Of a stretch of DNA of 58,143 nucleotides, positions 7,826 through 18,122 are shown one piece after another. How positions within the stretch are numbered: the first letter of the stretch is position 1; each line of letters begins with the position of its first letter. Under the pieces are notes generated by a model that saw only the letters and a list, made by a program, of their open reading frames with translations, was not told where the DNA came from and searched no databases. Made by a program: the position numbers and the translations under genes. Source of the DNA: a virus (lineage: Duplodnaviria > Caudoviricetes); the IMG/VR virus record IMGVR_UViG_3300014656_000033, positions 1 to 58,143 of that record. The stretch is one strand, 5' to 3'.

Positions 7826-9988
7826 TTACAACAGCGCCGGTATCAGCCCGGCGTTGATTCTGGTTTTTATGATGTCGTCTTCCGTACCGCCGAAATATAT
7901 ATCTCTATAAACCTTGTTGTTGTTCTGGTCTTTGAACTGTATGCGGTAATGCGTCAGCGTCGTCGGCTGCGTGGTGATGTTCGTGGTTGACCAGTACCAC
8001 TGCGCGGTTCCGGCCTTCTGTGTTGCTGTCGCGCTGGTAAGCGTTTCGGTACTGCCGTCGTCTTTATAAAGCGTCGCTGTCACGCTGGTCGCGTCGTCCG
8101 GCATGGTGCCCCAGACGGTGAAGTAACACGCGCATTTCGCATACGTCGGGAAGAACATCGGGCCTTCTGCTTCCTCGCTGTAGTCGGGACTGGTCTCGCG
8201 GGCATAGGCGAACGAGATTGACAGATTAACAATGCCCAGCGCCACCGCGCCGGCGGGATTCGTTATTTTGACCTGTATGATGTCGTTTCCATTCAAGCCG
8301 CACGAAATACCGCTGATGTCCTCCGGGGTGGTCATTACAGTCCACGCCGACCACGAACTGCCGTTGTCTGTGCTGTAGCGATACTCAAATACGGGCGTGT
8401 TCCCGGCAGCACCGAGGTTCCACGAAACGGTATCCCACGCCGCCACATCCCACGGCTGGACTTCGGGGAAGGTCACTGTCCCGCCCGCTGCTGCTATGGT
8501 AATCGATCCGGCTGTGGTGTCTCCAAAATCTACAGTTCCGGTTGTGGTGAAGTCGGAATCGTTCCACGGCGAGCAGGGAAAATATATGTTACAGGTCTTA
8601 TTCGATGCGTGGTTCTTGTAAATCAGCGGTTCGTTGCCGCGCCATAAGGTTTCAAAAGAAAACTCCGCCCCATTATCTCTGATGGATATACTTTTTGTTC
8701 CGGTCTTTTGATACGTTACATCCTGACTGTATGTCATTCTAAATCCCGTTGTGCCGTCCCTGATAATCAGACTGCCGCCGAAATGCTTGAACCCAAAGAA
8801 CGCAGAGTAAAATCCGTAAGCTGACGAATAAGCGTCCCACTTTCCGCCGTGAAGTTCACAGCTATTCAAACACCCTATCCCGATATAGGTTGTCGAAACG
8901 CCGTTCAGCGTTCCCCCGGAATGCGACCAGAAAACAAGCCGCGAACCAATATTGCTACCGGAAGTCCCAGTTGCGGTCCCGCCGTTCATCGTGACGTTAT
9001 TTCCATATATCCCAAAATTGGTAGAGCTTGTTCCACTGATGGTGCCTGCATTCATAATCATGGCGAATGTTACAAGGCCATAGCTGCTTGTCGAAGTCCC
9101 GGTTGCGGTTCCGTTATTGAATAGAACTTGCTGAAAATATATCCCGGCACCCGACGTGGATGTGCCGACGAATGTGCCGCCATCGATATATCCATCAAGC
9201 AAATAAATAGCATAAGAATTTGATGCCGTAGCGGTTATTGTTCCTGTGGTCGATGGGAAGTTGACGCTCTGGCCATACAAGCCCCAATTTCCGCTCGGCA
9301 CGTTTGTGATGTCAATATTGCCGATAGTAAATTGAGCCTTGCGCATTACGTTGACAATGGACATGTTTAACGAACCTTTGAATGTCGCGCTATACTGTCC
9401 ACAAAAATCAAATGTGCAGTTATTCAAACCTCCTATGTCGGAAAATGTGCTGTTGCCACTAATATAGACGTAACATTCCTTGCCGGATGCACCCTGTATC
9501 ATGCAGTCTTTGCTTGCCGAACTTGTGCCCGTCATGCTGAACTTACCATCGCTATTGACGTATATGCCGCCCGCGAATTGAGTGAGTAGACCATAATAAA
9601 TCTTTGTGCTTTTTTGCAGATTGATTTCCGCCGTGTTCGCATTAGAAACAGTGATAACCGGATTGGTCGTCCCGTCCCCCATCCAGAGGACTTTCGCGTT
9701 CGCGTTCGCGTCTGACGGGCTGGACAACAGGCCGGTGACGGTAATGTTGCCGATGGAGAACGCGCTGGTGAATCCCGCCGCCCATGCAAGCTCGCCGCCG
9801 AGGTTGATCACGCCTGCGCCGACGATAGCGGGCAAACTGGTCACGCCCCACGGCATCGTGACGACGTGGGTATTGGCGATAGTCCATGTGTCATTGACAC
9901 CCGATACCCCGTCGCCGGGATAACCGCCGCCGCCCCACGTTGCCGCGTTGTTCCAATTGCCGCTACCTGTTGACGTGAACGCCGCCAT
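7826..9988 (-). CDS. tail fibre/spike with beta-helix repeats
   Basis: GNWNNAATW N-terminal motif, repeated GTSTSxxGI units, position after tail genes. Confidence 0.75.
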   Translation of the reverse strand: MAAFTSTGSGNWNNAATWGGGGYPGDGVSGVNDTWTIANTHVVTMPWGVTSLPAIVGAGVINLGGELAWAAGFTSAFSIGNITVTGLLSSPSDANANAKVLWMGDGTTNPVITVSNANTAEINLQKSTKIYYGLLTQFAGGIYVNSDGKFSMTGTSSASKDCMIQGASGKECYVYISGNSTFSDIGGLNNCTFDFCGQYSATFKGSLNMSIVNVMRKAQFTIGNIDITNVPSGNWGLYGQSVNFPSTTGTITATASNSYAIYLLDGYIDGGTFVGTSTSGAGIYFQQVLFNNGTATGTSTSSYGLVTFAMIMNAGTISGTSSTNFGIYGNNVTMNGGTATGTSGSNIGSRLVFWSHSGGTLNGVSTTYIGIGCLNSCELHGGKWDAYSSAYGFYSAFFGFKHFGGSLIIRDGTTGFRMTYSQDVTYQKTGTKSISIRDNGAEFSFETLWRGNEPLIYKNHASNKTCNIYFPCSPWNDSDFTTTGTVDFGDTTAGSITIAAAGGTVTFPEVQPWDVAAWDTVSWNLGAAGNTPVFEYRYSTDNGSSWSAWTVMTTPEDISGISCGLNGNDIIQVKITNPAGAVALGIVNLSISFAYARETSPDYSEEAEGPMFFPTYAKCACYFTVWGTMPDDATSVTATLYKDDGSTETLTSATATQKAGTAQWYWSTTNITTQPTTLTHYRIQFKDQNNNKVYRDIYFGGTEDDIIKTRINAGLIPALL

Positions 9989-9998
9989 TCAATCCCCC

Positions 9999-10589
9999 TT
10001 ATATCTCTGTGAATACATCCAGCAGGTCGTTGTATGCCGTCGCGCTTGCGTCTGCCGAAACCATTTTGATCTTGACGACATGCTTGCCGTTCGACAGATC
10101 GGAAATAACCGCGCTGCCGGATTGAATCTCATACGTCGCGCTCGTGCTGTTCAGGGTAATGCGCGGGCTGGCTTCGGCATCGACATAGACCTTCATTATG
10201 GCCGCATGGCTTACGTCGCTGGTTTTCATCTCTGCCTGAACGTGCATTTTTAACCACGGCAAAATGGCGGGAGCCTTAACGATACCGAAAGTCTTTATCT
10301 CCGTTTCGGTTATGCCGGTTACGGAGACTTCTGTTTCGTCGCCGACATAGACGTGCTGTTTCAGGGCGTTTATCGCCTTCGCAGTAGTAACAGCCTCGTC
10401 TTTCAGTTTGCCTGTAGATACAGACAGATTCGCCAACTTGCTTTCGATGACTGCACCATCTTCGATGGCGGTACTTGGAAGCTGCCCGGTAACTTTCGAT
10501 CCGCCGAGATTCACTGCCGCGACCGCCAGCTTCTCATCCGTTATGCTGCCGTCCGCCACCTCTCCCACTTTCCTGATGTAAATAGTCAT
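9999..10589 (-). CDS. minor tail/fibre protein
   Basis: DGSITDEKLA / DGAVIESKLA / DEAVTTAKA repeats typical of phage fibres. Confidence 0.65.
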   Translation of the reverse strand: MTIYIRKVGEVADGSITDEKLAVAAVNLGGSKVTGQLPSTAIEDGAVIESKLANLSVSTGKLKDEAVTTAKAINALKQHVYVGDETEVSVTGITETEIKTFGIVKAPAILPWLKMHVQAEMKTSDVSHAAIMKVYVDAEASPRITLNSTSATYEIQSGSAVISDLSNGKHVVKIKMVSADASATAYNDLLDVFTEI

Positions 10590-10605
10590 TTTGCATCACG
10601 CTCCT

Positions 10606-11022
10606 TTACCTTGTCGCCACATACCGAAGGGTGGAAGTCCCGCCTGCGGTCTTGTGGTATATTTTTGTCACCTCAAAATCCATGCTCATGCTGCTGTCCG
10701 CTGTCCCTGTTGGCGTTAGTTCTATCTGGTCGTTTGTGTCTGCATTCAGGCGGATCAACACGGATACCGCCCCACTGTTCAGTATGGTTATTTCATTATA
10801 CGTTCCTCCGAGGTCTATCTCCGCTTCGATATCAGTGACCTCTACATTCTGCGCCGCCTTGTATTCTGCGCGGTTCTTTATTGGCTCTGTCGGTAATGGA
10901 TTGCTTAATGTTATTGATCCCACGCCCTCCTCCTTTACTATCTTTTCAAGATACACTTTCAGCGTCCGCATAAATTCCTGATTCGCCATAACCCCCCTGT
11001 AAATATCTGCGCTCGTCGCCAT
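10606..11022 (-). CDS. virion-associated beta-rich protein
   Basis: Position in tail module; coupled starts and stops. Confidence 0.5.
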   Translation of the reverse strand: MATSADIYRGVMANQEFMRTLKVYLEKIVKEEGVGSITLSNPLPTEPIKNRAEYKAAQNVEVTDIEAEIDLGGTYNEITILNSGAVSVLIRLNADTNDQIELTPTGTADSSMSMDFEVTKIYHKTAGGTSTLRYVATR

Positions 11023-11285
11023 TACACATCCTCCCCGAAGTTGTTTGCTTCGCCCGTAATGTCTTCTTCCGTTACCCCGGTCGCCCCGGTGAAGTTGCAG
11101 CCGTTGAATGTGCCGCCGCTGAAATCACAATCAACAAACGCGGCATCCGTAAAATTACAACTGGCTATTCCGGTAAATGCACACGTCATAAACTTCGTCC
11201 CCTCGAAATTGCACAACTCAAGGTCGCCAAAGGTTTCGTTACTGTATTCCAGATATGAAAGATTTTCATTCGCTGCCTCTATCAC
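11022..11285 (-). CDS. pentapeptide-repeat protein
   Basis: CNFEG, CAFTG, CNFTD, CDFSG, CNFTG 5-residue periodicity. Confidence 0.8.
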   Translation of the reverse strand: MIEAANENLSYLEYSNETFGDLELCNFEGTKFMTCAFTGIASCNFTDAAFVDCDFSGGTFNGCNFTGATGVTEEDITGEANNFGEDV

Positions 11286-12535
11286 TACGCCACCTCCGCG
11301 ATTAGTTTGTCCAGCAAATCCCCGGCATATTCGAGCGCCTTTGTGGCGGTGTATTTATATGTGGCGTCCGTGCTTAACTGCGAATACGCGAATGACACAA
11401 GATAGTCCCCGGAATAATTAAAAACGTAGTGCCGCGCCGTTATTATCGAGCTTGCCGACCAGTACCAGTGCGCCGAGCAGAGTATATCGTTCGCGTCGAA
11501 ATGCAGTTCCTTCCGCATCCGAACACCGACATCGACGGCAAGCTCTGTGATCGCATCAAGCAATGATTGCTCTACGGTTTTCAGGGCTGTGAATTTAACA
11601 TCGAAGTATCCCGTTTCGGCCAACGACAGCATGAATATTTCTGATTTTAAGAATGCCGCGAATGTCGTTCCATTGCCTATCGTGTAACAGTCGGCTCGTA
11701 AATAATATGCGTAAAGTTGATTCGCTCCAGTGTCGAAATCCGACAGGGAATTAGTGACGACCGCGCCAGCAGCCGATAGGCAAGCCCGGTCGGGAGAAGT
11801 GTTTCCCCATTGCCCGGTCGCCCATTCTGCGGCAAACGATATTTTGTAATTCGCAAGGTCGTAGATAATTACATGCGGCCCGTCCGAATCCGAATACGGC
11901 TCGTGGGTAAGCGTCACCTGCCCGGCGTTGTCGGCAGTGAGCAGTTCAAGCACAAACCCTTCACGCTTGAACGACGGCATCATGAATACCAGTATCCGAT
12001 CCTGCCCAGCGGCAAGGGCTTCAGTGGCTATTCCGACAATATTTCCACACTGCGAGTCAGCTTTCTGTAAATGTTTCGTAGTCGTGGAGGTCGTCAGCGC
12101 GTCGCCTTTTGCTACCGCCGCTATATCAGCATCTACGTTCGCGTCTGATATTCCGAGGAACCTAATCTCCACGTCGGTACTCGCGGCGATTGGCCCGGTC
12201 GAAACCACTGCCGCCGCAGGACGCGGGTCGTTCGCCGTCGTCGTGGTGGTAACAGAGCGCTCTGTTACCTGATCCACGACCACCACGTCGCCCGCGCTGA
12301 GGGTGCCGCCGCTGCCGTTGTTCATCCAGTGTGTCGGCGAGGCTGGGCCTGTATTCGTTGCGATGTTTGACAGGATATCATTCAGACGGGTGTTGAGCGC
12401 GGTTATCTGCGCCCGTATCATCTGGAGGCGCGGGTCGATGTCGGCTTTCTGCAACCGCTTGTCCTGAACGCGGGCTTCCTGCCGCATCCGGCGATCAAGG
12501 CGTCCGGGTCTTTTTATGCTGGGCGTGTCTGTCAT
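11285..12535 (-). CDS. minor tail protein with capsid-cement-like (DUF2190-like) domain
   Basis: GDVVVV...VAKGDALTTS...IVGIATE pattern; tail module. Confidence 0.6.
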   Translation of the reverse strand: MTDTPSIKRPGRLDRRMRQEARVQDKRLQKADIDPRLQMIRAQITALNTRLNDILSNIATNTGPASPTHWMNNGSGGTLSAGDVVVVDQVTERSVTTTTTANDPRPAAAVVSTGPIAASTDVEIRFLGISDANVDADIAAVAKGDALTTSTTTKHLQKADSQCGNIVGIATEALAAGQDRILVFMMPSFKREGFVLELLTADNAGQVTLTHEPYSDSDGPHVIIYDLANYKISFAAEWATGQWGNTSPDRACLSAAGAVVTNSLSDFDTGANQLYAYYLRADCYTIGNGTTFAAFLKSEIFMLSLAETGYFDVKFTALKTVEQSLLDAITELAVDVGVRMRKELHFDANDILCSAHWYWSASSIITARHYVFNYSGDYLVSFAYSQLSTDATYKYTATKALEYAGDLLDKLIAEVA

Positions 12536-15500
12536 GGCACATAAACCCCGTTCCCGCTATCGCGGTCTGAATACTGCCCGAAGTTTCTATTTTCTATAAA
12601 GAAATTCAGTGATGTGTTTAGAATCGCATTCGTGATATTCAAAGTACATAAAACATCTATGCCGGGAAGCGGCGCAGATGTATAATCATGGGTCACCACA
12701 TAGCGGGAAACTTCCTCAAGGATGGCTTTCGCATCGGCGTCGGCGAGTTCCTGCGTGACGAGTGTTTCGTCCGGCTGGCCGTCGCGGGCTGTCAATGTCA
12801 AGACACCGAATTTTTCAATAAGGCCGTTGTAATCCCAGAGGTCGGCATCGGGATTGACATCCTGCAACTGCGCATAACCCCGGATGAACTCGGATTCGTA
12901 CACCTGAAATTCAGCGAACGACATCTGAGAATCGACATTTTCCCATGTGTAAAGCCCAATGCTATGGACATTCACGCAGAGATAACGCCACTTTCTCCCT
13001 TTCGGCCAGTCCTGTTCCGCATGAAAATTCATCGTCATTGCGGGCGCTGTTTCAAATGGCGGTACTATCTGCTCCCATGTAGCGGGCATGGGATTCGCGG
13101 GTGTCGGGTTGGTCTGCGATCCCCAGATTGATTGCGTCTGGATATTGCTTTCGTTGGCGCGGCCCTCGCCACGAACGAAAACTATCTGGTCAACTTCGAT
13201 ATTATCGCCGAGGTCTATCGTGAAAGCTGGCGCTCCGTCTTCCAAGAATGTTGTTTGAAGCGCAACGATAATCGGCCCCCATCCATCGTTCCCGCCCCAA
13301 CCGCCTGATTGCTGCGTGAATACGTCGTTGTCGGTAATGGCTTCGAGCATCAGTGTATGCCCCCATGAAAATCCGCTGATATCGACCCAATCGTTACTTG
13401 GCACAATACCAAGACACAAGTTCGGCAATTCGCCCTCCGGGTACTTGCCGTAACTGATAACCGCGTTATAGCAATCCTCGTCGGCGGGGTCGCGTATGAG
13501 CTTTTCAAGCATGATATGATCGTCGGTTATGGTAATATCGGCGGTTGTTTTCTGCGTGTAATAATCGCTTTCAAATTTCCCGTCGCGCCGCGCCTTGAAG
13601 ATGTAATTGAAGCTGAACGTCGCACGACAAGCCCGCTCGATGCAGTCAAGAGCCGTCCCGTCGTCGCGGTCTGTAAACTGCATGGGTGGCGCGGTGATGC
13701 CGCTGGCCTGTAGCGTCCAGTGTTTATAGGTGGATGTGAACACGTGGCCGGTCTGGTCGGCCCCGAACACGGCGATGCCCGTCCTCAGCGTCAAGGTGTA
13801 GTTTGCCGGGTCGTACAACACGCCGTCGCGGTAGATAGTAACGTCAGCAGCGTCGTATAGATTATCGCGCGGGAAAGTCACGCTCAGGCCATCGTCGGCG
13901 AGTGTGAGCGATTCTGTGGTTCTGGTGTCGGTTATGTAGTTTTCGTTCAGCCCTGCCCCGCCCTTCTCGGCGGAAACGTCGTTCGGGTGGGTGCAAATAC
14001 ACCATATAATATCTTCAATCTCGTTCGTGCCGGGAACATAGCGCCAGAAGTTTGCATCAATGGTGGTAGGAATCTGAAAATACGGCGGTTCTGTATCGCA
14101 TTGGTTTATTGCAAACCGCACAAGTCCGCGCCGGTAATCTATCTGATAGGCCAGCGTTGACTCGCCGTCTATTTCGACTTCCGGAGGCGGGAAGGAAATC
14201 CAATCGGTCACCCGAAGGCCGGGGTCTTCGTCGCCGGCGTAATCGGGATAGAAGCCGAAGTCCTGCCCTAAATGTAAATCGGCTGGCGCATCCGGGAAGG
14301 TCGATAAGATTCTTGTGAGCAAAACCCAATTCATGTTTTCCCGCGTCGGCTCGTGGAAGTACTCATAAATCGCTTTTGTAAACAGGTGCGCCACCAGCCC
14401 CTCGCATTGCACTGGAATATTTACTATTCCGCGCTCAAGGTTCTCCGGCAATTCGGTAACTACGACTTGAGCCTCGTCGTACCAGTTCCATGTCCCGTCA
14501 GCCTGCCGGATACCGCGCTGTATCTGTATTCGCGTTCCGTATTGCAGGAGCGCCGAATATGCGCCGGGGTTGTTGTAATCCTCGTTCTCGGTTGACTTCT
14601 TCCACGGCAGAAAACCGTCGCCGTGAGCAGTGAAAGAACACGACGACGACGCCAAGCCCCTGTCGTCTGAAAACTGGAAATCCTTTATTGCTTCCGAGTC
14701 ACCCAGCACATAAACATCTTTATCCGGCTGTGCGCCGTTCCAATGCACCCGCACGTCACGCGACCAGTTTTCCCCGGTATTCGGGCTGAATATCCATGCC
14801 TCGTTTTGGGTCAGGAGCGTGATGCTCGAACGGACAGACGAATACCCGACGCTGACCGCCGCAGTAGTAACCCCCGCCTGATATGTCATTGTGTAGCTGT
14901 CGGCCACCGCCGTCAGCGTGTTCAGGTCGGCGTTAAACACCTGCACGACGTTGTTCCAGTTCGGATTTACATAACCAGACACTATTAGAAACGTATCGCT
15001 TCCGATAAGTTTTATCTCGCGGATAAAATCATCGTACAGCCCATCGGCTTCCATGAAGTGCGTGAAGTTCGTCCCCCCGGCGCGTATCTGCATCAAGCCC
15101 TGATGGACGCCGGCGGCATCGTCGACACTGAACGCATAAACACCACTCTTGTCGCTGTAAAAACAATTCGTCGGGACTGTGGTTGTGCCAGCGACATCTA
15201 CAACGATAGCGCGATCCGGGCCTCCCGCATATTCGGGGTCGCCGACATCCGGTAACGTGGTGTCTGCTGTAGCTTTTATGGGTGTTTCGGAATGTACGCT
15301 GACACAATCCATGAGGCTGTTCGGGAACTTACGGATTTTGAAATTGCCGCTGATGGTTTTGGAGCCGCCGGAAACGGAGAATGTATCATAGGCCAACACG
15401 CCGATTTCAATTACGCCGTCAGTAGAAAAAACGAAATATCGTTCGTCCGATTCGCGCCACGAGACAGTTCCGACATCCGTTTTAACATATCCACGTGCGT

Positions 15501-16635
15501 AGAAGCCGGGATTATAAACCGGGCTTCCGGCAACGCCGCCAGTATAGCTACAGATTATTTCGTAAATACAGCATTGATCTATCCGGTCAACCCCGGCCTC
15601 TTCGGCGGTTATTGTTACAGTCTGCGAGTCTTTTATTCCCGGCGTATACGGGCCGCCGTTGAACGCGGCTCCTACTGATGCCGTCGCGAGTATCCCGGCT
15701 GTCGTGTTGTCCATATTTTGAAGGCTGTCGAGGTCGATACGAATGATGGTCGTCTCGTTGCCGTATTTTTCTGTGCTGTACGCTGGCATTGTTCCAAGGA
15801 TAAGTTCTCCATCATCTGTAATCTCCATCGTTCGCGGAGCCGCCAAAGAACACATGGGGTCGCCATACGCCCCAACGCCGAGGGCACCTACCGGCGTCGG
15901 GTTCTTGAAAAATGGGGCCGGGTCAGACCACGCCCGATGCTGCGTCCACATCGATGTCCATGTTCCCGAAGATGTAAAATATCCAAAATCCGCCCGCCCT
16001 ATCGTCCCGCTGTAAGTATCGCCAATCCAGCAATACCAGCTATTCTTGTAATGACGCACAAAGCGCATCGCATATCCAGCGAGATCGCCGGTGTGTTCCA
16101 TGATGGTACAGTTCAGATATTCTGGATTCTCAGCAAGTTGGTTGCACGCCGTGAGTTCGCCGATATATTTTTGAAGGTTTATCACGAACAGCGTGGCGAG
16201 ATGATCATTTCTATAAACCATTATGGCGAGTTCATTCGTGTTCGAGTTGAAATCAATGTCACGGGATGGGCCGAAAATATACGACGCACTCCAGCCGGAA
16301 GATGTGGCGCTGTTTATTTCGTCAACAGTTCCCTCGTCGTGGTTGATAACTGAAACAACGGAATCTGCATCGTCGAGGTCAACGCTATGCAAAATGATTG
16401 TGCGGTTATGCCCGGCGTGGTCGTCGACGATTACTTTTTCATAGGCGAGGTTCGCCGTGTTCGGCGGGTCGTGATATGTGCCGTCGTCGATTTTAGTGAT
16501 ATTCGTTGTGTCACTATCCGGCAAAGAGAACGCTGCGGGCTTGAGGAACTTCAACCGCAGGGGCGCTTCCTGAACGCTCCCGGCAATGCGGGCGAAATCC
16601 GCCGCTGAAAGGCCGCTCATTTCGTAATTAGGCAT
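12532..16635 (-). CDS. large tail tip/baseplate hub protein
   Basis: 1367 aa, downstream of tape measure and Dit-like genes. Confidence 0.7.
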   Translation of the reverse strand: MPNYEMSGLSAADFARIAGSVQEAPLRLKFLKPAAFSLPDSDTTNITKIDDGTYHDPPNTANLAYEKVIVDDHAGHNRTIILHSVDLDDADSVVSVINHDEGTVDEINSATSSGWSASYIFGPSRDIDFNSNTNELAIMVYRNDHLATLFVINLQKYIGELTACNQLAENPEYLNCTIMEHTGDLAGYAMRFVRHYKNSWYCWIGDTYSGTIGRADFGYFTSSGTWTSMWTQHRAWSDPAPFFKNPTPVGALGVGAYGDPMCSLAAPRTMEITDDGELILGTMPAYSTEKYGNETTIIRIDLDSLQNMDNTTAGILATASVGAAFNGGPYTPGIKDSQTVTITAEEAGVDRIDQCCIYEIICSYTGGVAGSPVYNPGFYARGYVKTDVGTVSWRESDERYFVFSTDGVIEIGVLAYDTFSVSGGSKTISGNFKIRKFPNSLMDCVSVHSETPIKATADTTLPDVGDPEYAGGPDRAIVVDVAGTTTVPTNCFYSDKSGVYAFSVDDAAGVHQGLMQIRAGGTNFTHFMEADGLYDDFIREIKLIGSDTFLIVSGYVNPNWNNVVQVFNADLNTLTAVADSYTMTYQAGVTTAAVSVGYSSVRSSITLLTQNEAWIFSPNTGENWSRDVRVHWNGAQPDKDVYVLGDSEAIKDFQFSDDRGLASSSCSFTAHGDGFLPWKKSTENEDYNNPGAYSALLQYGTRIQIQRGIRQADGTWNWYDEAQVVVTELPENLERGIVNIPVQCEGLVAHLFTKAIYEYFHEPTRENMNWVLLTRILSTFPDAPADLHLGQDFGFYPDYAGDEDPGLRVTDWISFPPPEVEIDGESTLAYQIDYRRGLVRFAINQCDTEPPYFQIPTTIDANFWRYVPGTNEIEDIIWCICTHPNDVSAEKGGAGLNENYITDTRTTESLTLADDGLSVTFPRDNLYDAADVTIYRDGVLYDPANYTLTLRTGIAVFGADQTGHVFTSTYKHWTLQASGITAPPMQFTDRDDGTALDCIERACRATFSFNYIFKARRDGKFESDYYTQKTTADITITDDHIMLEKLIRDPADEDCYNAVISYGKYPEGELPNLCLGIVPSNDWVDISGFSWGHTLMLEAITDNDVFTQQSGGWGGNDGWGPIIVALQTTFLEDGAPAFTIDLGDNIEVDQIVFVRGEGRANESNIQTQSIWGSQTNPTPANPMPATWEQIVPPFETAPAMTMNFHAEQDWPKGRKWRYLCVNVHSIGLYTWENVDSQMSFAEFQVYESEFIRGYAQLQDVNPDADLWDYNGLIEKFGVLTLTARDGQPDETLVTQELADADAKAILEEVSRYVVTHDYTSAPLPGIDVLCTLNITNAILNTSLNFFIENRNFGQYSDRDSGNGVYVP

Positions 16636-16834
16636 TGGGCTCTCGCTTGAAGAATTTTTTCAACACAAACCATATCCCAATATTTACAAGGCAACAAAAA
16701 ACCGCATAAACAAAAGAATATACAAGTGCTTTTAGTACGCTGTGTGTGTAAACCCATGTCCAATAAGCACCTCCAAGAAAAACACCGAAAGAACAAGTGT
16801 AAAAAAAATCAAAATCAATTTTACCGTTTTTCAT
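16628..16834 (-). CDS. AT-rich two-TM membrane protein (moron-like)
   Basis: Likely start ATG 16834 overlapping the upstream stop; MKNGKIDFDFF...; two hydrophobic helices. Confidence 0.55.
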   Translation of the reverse strand: MKNGKIDFDFFYTCSFGVFLGGAYWTWVYTHSVLKALVYSFVYAVFCCLVNIGIWFVLKKFFKREPNA

Positions 16835-17046
16835 CTTTCTACCACCACTCCGGTTTTCAACATTGTTCCGCTTGATAAAATTATTGAACCCCTTACCTTG
16901 CAATGCCCACAACAACAAGCTCGCGTTGAATATCCCATAGCGTGTAAAAACCAAAGATAGGGAACCATGCAAGCATCAATAAAATAATTAGACACCCTTG
17001 CTTGATTTCCACACCCGTGTGTTTTGTATGTAATTTCCGTTATCAT
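16831..17046 (-). CDS. small protein with IDxC...T..CCCGH motif
   Basis: ATGA overlaps on both sides; motif family common in phages. Confidence 0.55.
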   Translation of the reverse strand: MITEITYKTHGCGNQARVSNYFIDACMVPYLWFLHAMGYSTRACCCGHCKVRGSIILSSGTMLKTGVVVER

Positions 17047-18122
17047 CTCTCCACCACCATTCCTGTTATTGCGAAATCCACCATCTGCGGCGTCGTCTGC
17101 GGGACGTGCTTTTTATCCGGGTATTCCGTCGGGAACATATTCGTTATCAATCTGTCCGGGTATTGGTTGCCCGCATAAAACACGTCGAAATGCCATTGGT
17201 TGTCGGCAATCTCGCGCCAGAAATCCCAGAAGTCCTGCAACTGATATCGCCAACCAAGAATTACCCCCTGCGGCCCCTGCTTGTTGCCCCCGGATGTTAC
17301 GACTTTCGATTTCCCTCCGATGTCAAGAAAATTCACGGCAAGCTGCTCGCGGGGCAGCGTGTCAAACTGATATGGTTCTTCGTTGTAAGCAAGTATCCGC
17401 TTAGAGCGATAAGTGCATTTCACGAGCTTGCCCGTCTTGTCGGCGTCAAAAGTAACCGACGCCGCCGTGTAGCGGTCGCCGTAATTGAATGTGTAGCCGC
17501 TGGATTGCAGCACCAGCGAATCGGCATCATCGCCAACCCAGACTTCCGGCGCTGGCAACGGCTCCGCATCATAGCCTTCAAGGTTGAACGTCAACCCGTC
17601 GCCGCTGTCTGTGGCGGCTTCGAGGACGCGCCTGACATAAATCACCCAGTTGATAGTCCCTGTGAGGTTGAAAATGTAGTTACATTGCTCAACATCTGAA
17701 TCATCGTCATCGCTGTTCGGCATGAGGTATATATCGTCCGCCCTCAAGTCGATAGTAATCCCGAATCCGACAGCTTGAGCGATAACAATATCAGCCCTTG
17801 AGTATGGAATTAGAATGCAGTCCTTTGTGCCGGAATTTGCCAGCACCGCAGTAATGTTTTCGGAGCCGTCAATCCCAATGTCCGGTGGCGTTTGCAGCGC
17901 GTCATATATGACCGTGTTGTTGGCAACTACCTGCTTTTGAACCGTACCGGCAGAATAAACGACCGTATGCCCCAATACCGGACCCGGATTTTGATAGGTG
18001 TTTCCGCCGTAGTCCAGCGACACCATATCGGCATAGAAATGTTCATCCGACACGTTGTACTTCAATTTCGGGTCGGTATTGCACCCGGCGTTGAGCGTTA
18101 CTGTTGACCGTTCGTATCCCAT
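17043..18122 (-). CDS. distal tail (Dit-like) protein
   Basis: Immediately after tape measure gene; beta-rich 359 aa. Confidence 0.55.
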   Translation of the reverse strand: MGYERSTVTLNAGCNTDPKLKYNVSDEHFYADMVSLDYGGNTYQNPGPVLGHTVVYSAGTVQKQVVANNTVIYDALQTPPDIGIDGSENITAVLANSGTKDCILIPYSRADIVIAQAVGFGITIDLRADDIYLMPNSDDDDSDVEQCNYIFNLTGTINWVIYVRRVLEAATDSGDGLTFNLEGYDAEPLPAPEVWVGDDADSLVLQSSGYTFNYGDRYTAASVTFDADKTGKLVKCTYRSKRILAYNEEPYQFDTLPREQLAVNFLDIGGKSKVVTSGGNKQGPQGVILGWRYQLQDFWDFWREIADNQWHFDVFYAGNQYPDRLITNMFPTEYPDKKHVPQTTPQMVDFAITGMVVER

